Of a stretch of DNA of 64,000 nucleotides, positions 61,547-64,000 are shown in pieces (within the stretch, counting starts at the first letter, position 1; the number at the start of each line of letters is the position of its first letter). Below the pieces are notes generated by a model that did no database searches, was not told the origin of the DNA, and was given only the letters and a program-made list of their open reading frames with translations. A program made the position numbers and the translations under genes. The DNA is from Amoebophrya sp. A120. Its lineage: Eukaryota; Protista; Dinoflagellata. The DNA is taken from the NCBI GenBank assembly GCA_905178155.1, contig CAJINV010000012.1, positions 677,271 through 741,270 on the forward strand. Reading direction: 5' to 3'.

Positions 61547-62260
61547 ACAAGCTACACTAGCACAATCTTAATAGGTGATTTAGAGCTAGATGATGGAAGA
61601 TGAGAAACGTTGTTGTGAGTAATCAGGAGGTAGTTGTATGTGCATCTTTCAAACGTCTTGCAATTCGCTGCACTGCTAACCACACTGCCTCGTCGAGTGC
61701 GAGTCGCTTTTGTACTTACACACACTCACTCTTCACCACGCTCGTTCACAAGCAAATAGAAACCACTTGACTCACACTCACTCATCGCAACTAGATGTAA
61801 GTAGTACAACCTGCAGCTTCTCGTCTTGGTTTCCTCTCTCGTCGTCCATATGTTACGCTTACGATAGAACAGTGCCGTTCCGGTAATAAAACAGGTCCAA
61901 AATAACAATAAGACCACTGACCGCGACGGTCATGGTCGTACGCGACCAACTGTTGAAGACGACGTTTCATGGTCGCACGGAAGAAGACGTGCTCTGTGTC
62001 ATGCTATGTTGAGGTCAGCACATGCACATCAAACCTGTGCGTGCTGCAGTCAACACCTTCAGTCACCTGCAGGAGGCTTAAACATGACTCCCCGAACACT
62101 GCCACCGATGCATGAAACCGAAACGGCATGTAACAGAAACCCAATAATAATCTAGAAGACAAGTATCTACTACTACGTCGTTCTGCAAATAAGTGCTGTA
62201 CTGTACAAAGCTATATGTTGACTATGATTTCCAAAAACGTTAAAGTTCTCTCGCTCCCCC

Positions 62261-63422
62261 TCACGGCAACTTCTGCAGAAACTGTTTGAGCTCCGACAGC
62301 GGCATTGCGTGGACCCACACGGTGACAAAAACCGGCAACACCATGGGGTAGTCCTCCCAAAAATACTGTTGGTCCTCCATGATAAACTCCACGTAAAAAG
62401 TCAACCGCTCGTTGTTCTCCACTCTTATCCCCTGTTGCGGGAACCACTGCTCGCGCAGCATCTTTTTTACTTTGGAAACCGTCGTATTGGGCTCGATCTT
62501 CTCTGCGGGAACGACGATTTTGTCCTTCGCATCTTTCGGCGCGCCCGAGGCAAAGTTGGGCTTGGTGGGGGTGAGCCGCTGCTGCACCTGGCTACGGGAG
62601 GAGGCGTGGACGTTCATCCGGAATACGTTGAAGAAGACCTGTGATAGAAGAGTTTCATTGCTCCATCGATCTCACATTGTAATTGCAGCACAAATAAAAT
62701 TATTGGCTCAGCATTTTTACAAATCAAATTTGTAATGCGGGTTTACCTTAACGAACTAGATTTGTTATGCAAAACTGCAATGATCAAAGTGAGTACGTGA
62801 TCCCCCCACTTTTTCCGCAGCGCCTTTTCCTTATCGATCCATTCTCTTACTTCATCGTCCCCCTGCGCGATTATCTGTCCGGTGGCGTGGTTGATCAAAT
62901 TTACCTGGTCGAAATAGTCATCGTCCTCATACCCATCGTCCCCGCCATATCCATAATCCACTTCCGATTTCACCGCAGCTTGCCCTTTCCCCCCGCCCTT
63001 CCCTCCTTTGGCACCGCCTTTGCCCCCGCCACCCTTGGGGCCGGCGGGGCCGGCGCCCGTGTCACCAGAAAGGAAGTCGTCGAAATCCATTTCCATGGGT
63101 TATCGAGTGGAAAAACAACATCTACTTCGCACAAGAACTCGTACTAATTGCAAGCATCTTTACAGCATTACAGACCTGGTTTCAGCAGCTTGTTGCTACC
63201 TGATTCATCATGATCGGGGGCAACACAAACTTCGTTTCTTTTCTGAAATAAAGTCTTTTGCAATGCAATTTCGATCAGTTGCGCGTAGAGTTGTTTTGTT
63301 GCACTGCATACACTTGGGTCGCCCGGATAGTAGCCTTGCTGCTTCTGGTTCTGTTGACCGTTGTACTGGGTAGTTTTTTTGGATGGCGGCTTCGGCGGCT
63401 GAGCGCAACAGGGACATGCCAT
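62261..63422 (-). CDS. Three-exon hypothetical protein (MACPCC N-terminus, G/K-rich linker)
   Basis: YYPGDP|PMEMDFDDF..KKWGDH|VFFNVFRMNVH join in frame. Confidence 0.65.
62639..62796 (-). other. Canonical GT-AG intron derived from a family A introner
   Basis: GTACTC..TATCACAG on the minus strand; interior matches the family A core aaatttgtaatgcgg.tttacctt. Confidence 0.7.
63101..63310. mobile_element. Highly degenerate introner (family A-like)
   Basis: TAT...ATA ends with gcattacag and tttgcaatgc cores; removing element plus 5 nt restores the frame. Confidence 0.65.
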
Positions 63423-64000
63423 TGTGTTGTAAGTGGGCTGGGGAGTGTTGTGTAGTATGCCGCTCTTGGGTTTTTATGGGATGAAGTTTCTTGATTTCAA
63501 ATTCAAATCTCAATGGTAATCTTGTTCTGAGGGGTAGGGTGTTGGGTTTATCAAAACACTTGGATCAGGAGCAGGAGTACCAAGGTTTTGATTTTGTTTG
63601 CTGTTGATGTTCGAAAACACAAATGGAAAAGGTGGAGAAATTTTTTTTTCTAAGTTAGTATAGAAAGAGAACGACTACAACAAGTCTTCAAACTATTTTC
63701 AGAGGTGGACGATGAGAACGAATACGAAACGCACAGCGAGAACGAAAAGCCATGTACGTAAACGACTTGTTTCCGATGTTTTACAACTTCTAGCTCTTGA
63801 CCGAAATCATTCAAGAAGACCAAGAGGCAATAGAAGCTGCAGCACGATATCAAGAAGAACAAAAACATACGGTGTTCGCGAAAAGTCAGTGTTGTATCTC
63901 GCTTTATTCGTCGCGGGTCGTTGGTCCCGTGGCGGTGGCGGAACGAAAACGAATGGATAGGATTAGGATATTACGGAAGCACAGTCAAAAATACCACGGG

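Noticed and set aside
1-64000. Autonomous transposase, reverse transcriptase, tRNA or rRNA genes
   Set aside because: I recognised no DDE, RT or tyrosine-recombinase motifs and no RNA-gene signatures; a profile search could still find remote ones.

Overview
Eukaryotic protist genomic DNA. It most resembles the parasitic dinoflagellate Amoebophrya (A120-type); this assignment rests on my recollection of its published TAT-starting introner elements and co-oriented gene blocks, not on a search. About 12 genes lie on the minus strand. They include a double glycosyltransferase-like protein, a single-domain voltage-gated cation channel, an alpha/beta hydrolase and a ~2,900-aa TSP1/Cys-rich type I membrane protein. 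The genes are interrupted by about 65 non-canonical, MITE-like introns (introners) of about 11 families (labels A-M are mine). Nearly all run TAT...ATA with terminal inverted repeats (TIRs) and a 5-bp direct repeat (perfect in about 47 by manual count). Removing the element plus one repeat restored the reading frame wherever I checked. All families share an internal GCAT(G/T/C)ACAA motif despite unrelated TIRs. Other highlights are a near-identical gene-5'-end duplicate carrying the exact empty site of one introner, an introner nested in another's TIR, an introner decayed into a GT-AG intron, and a 1.7-kb TIR element filled with nested palindromes. No transposase, RNA gene or CRISPR array was seen. 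Coordinates were read by eye and may be off by a base or two; gene models are manual.
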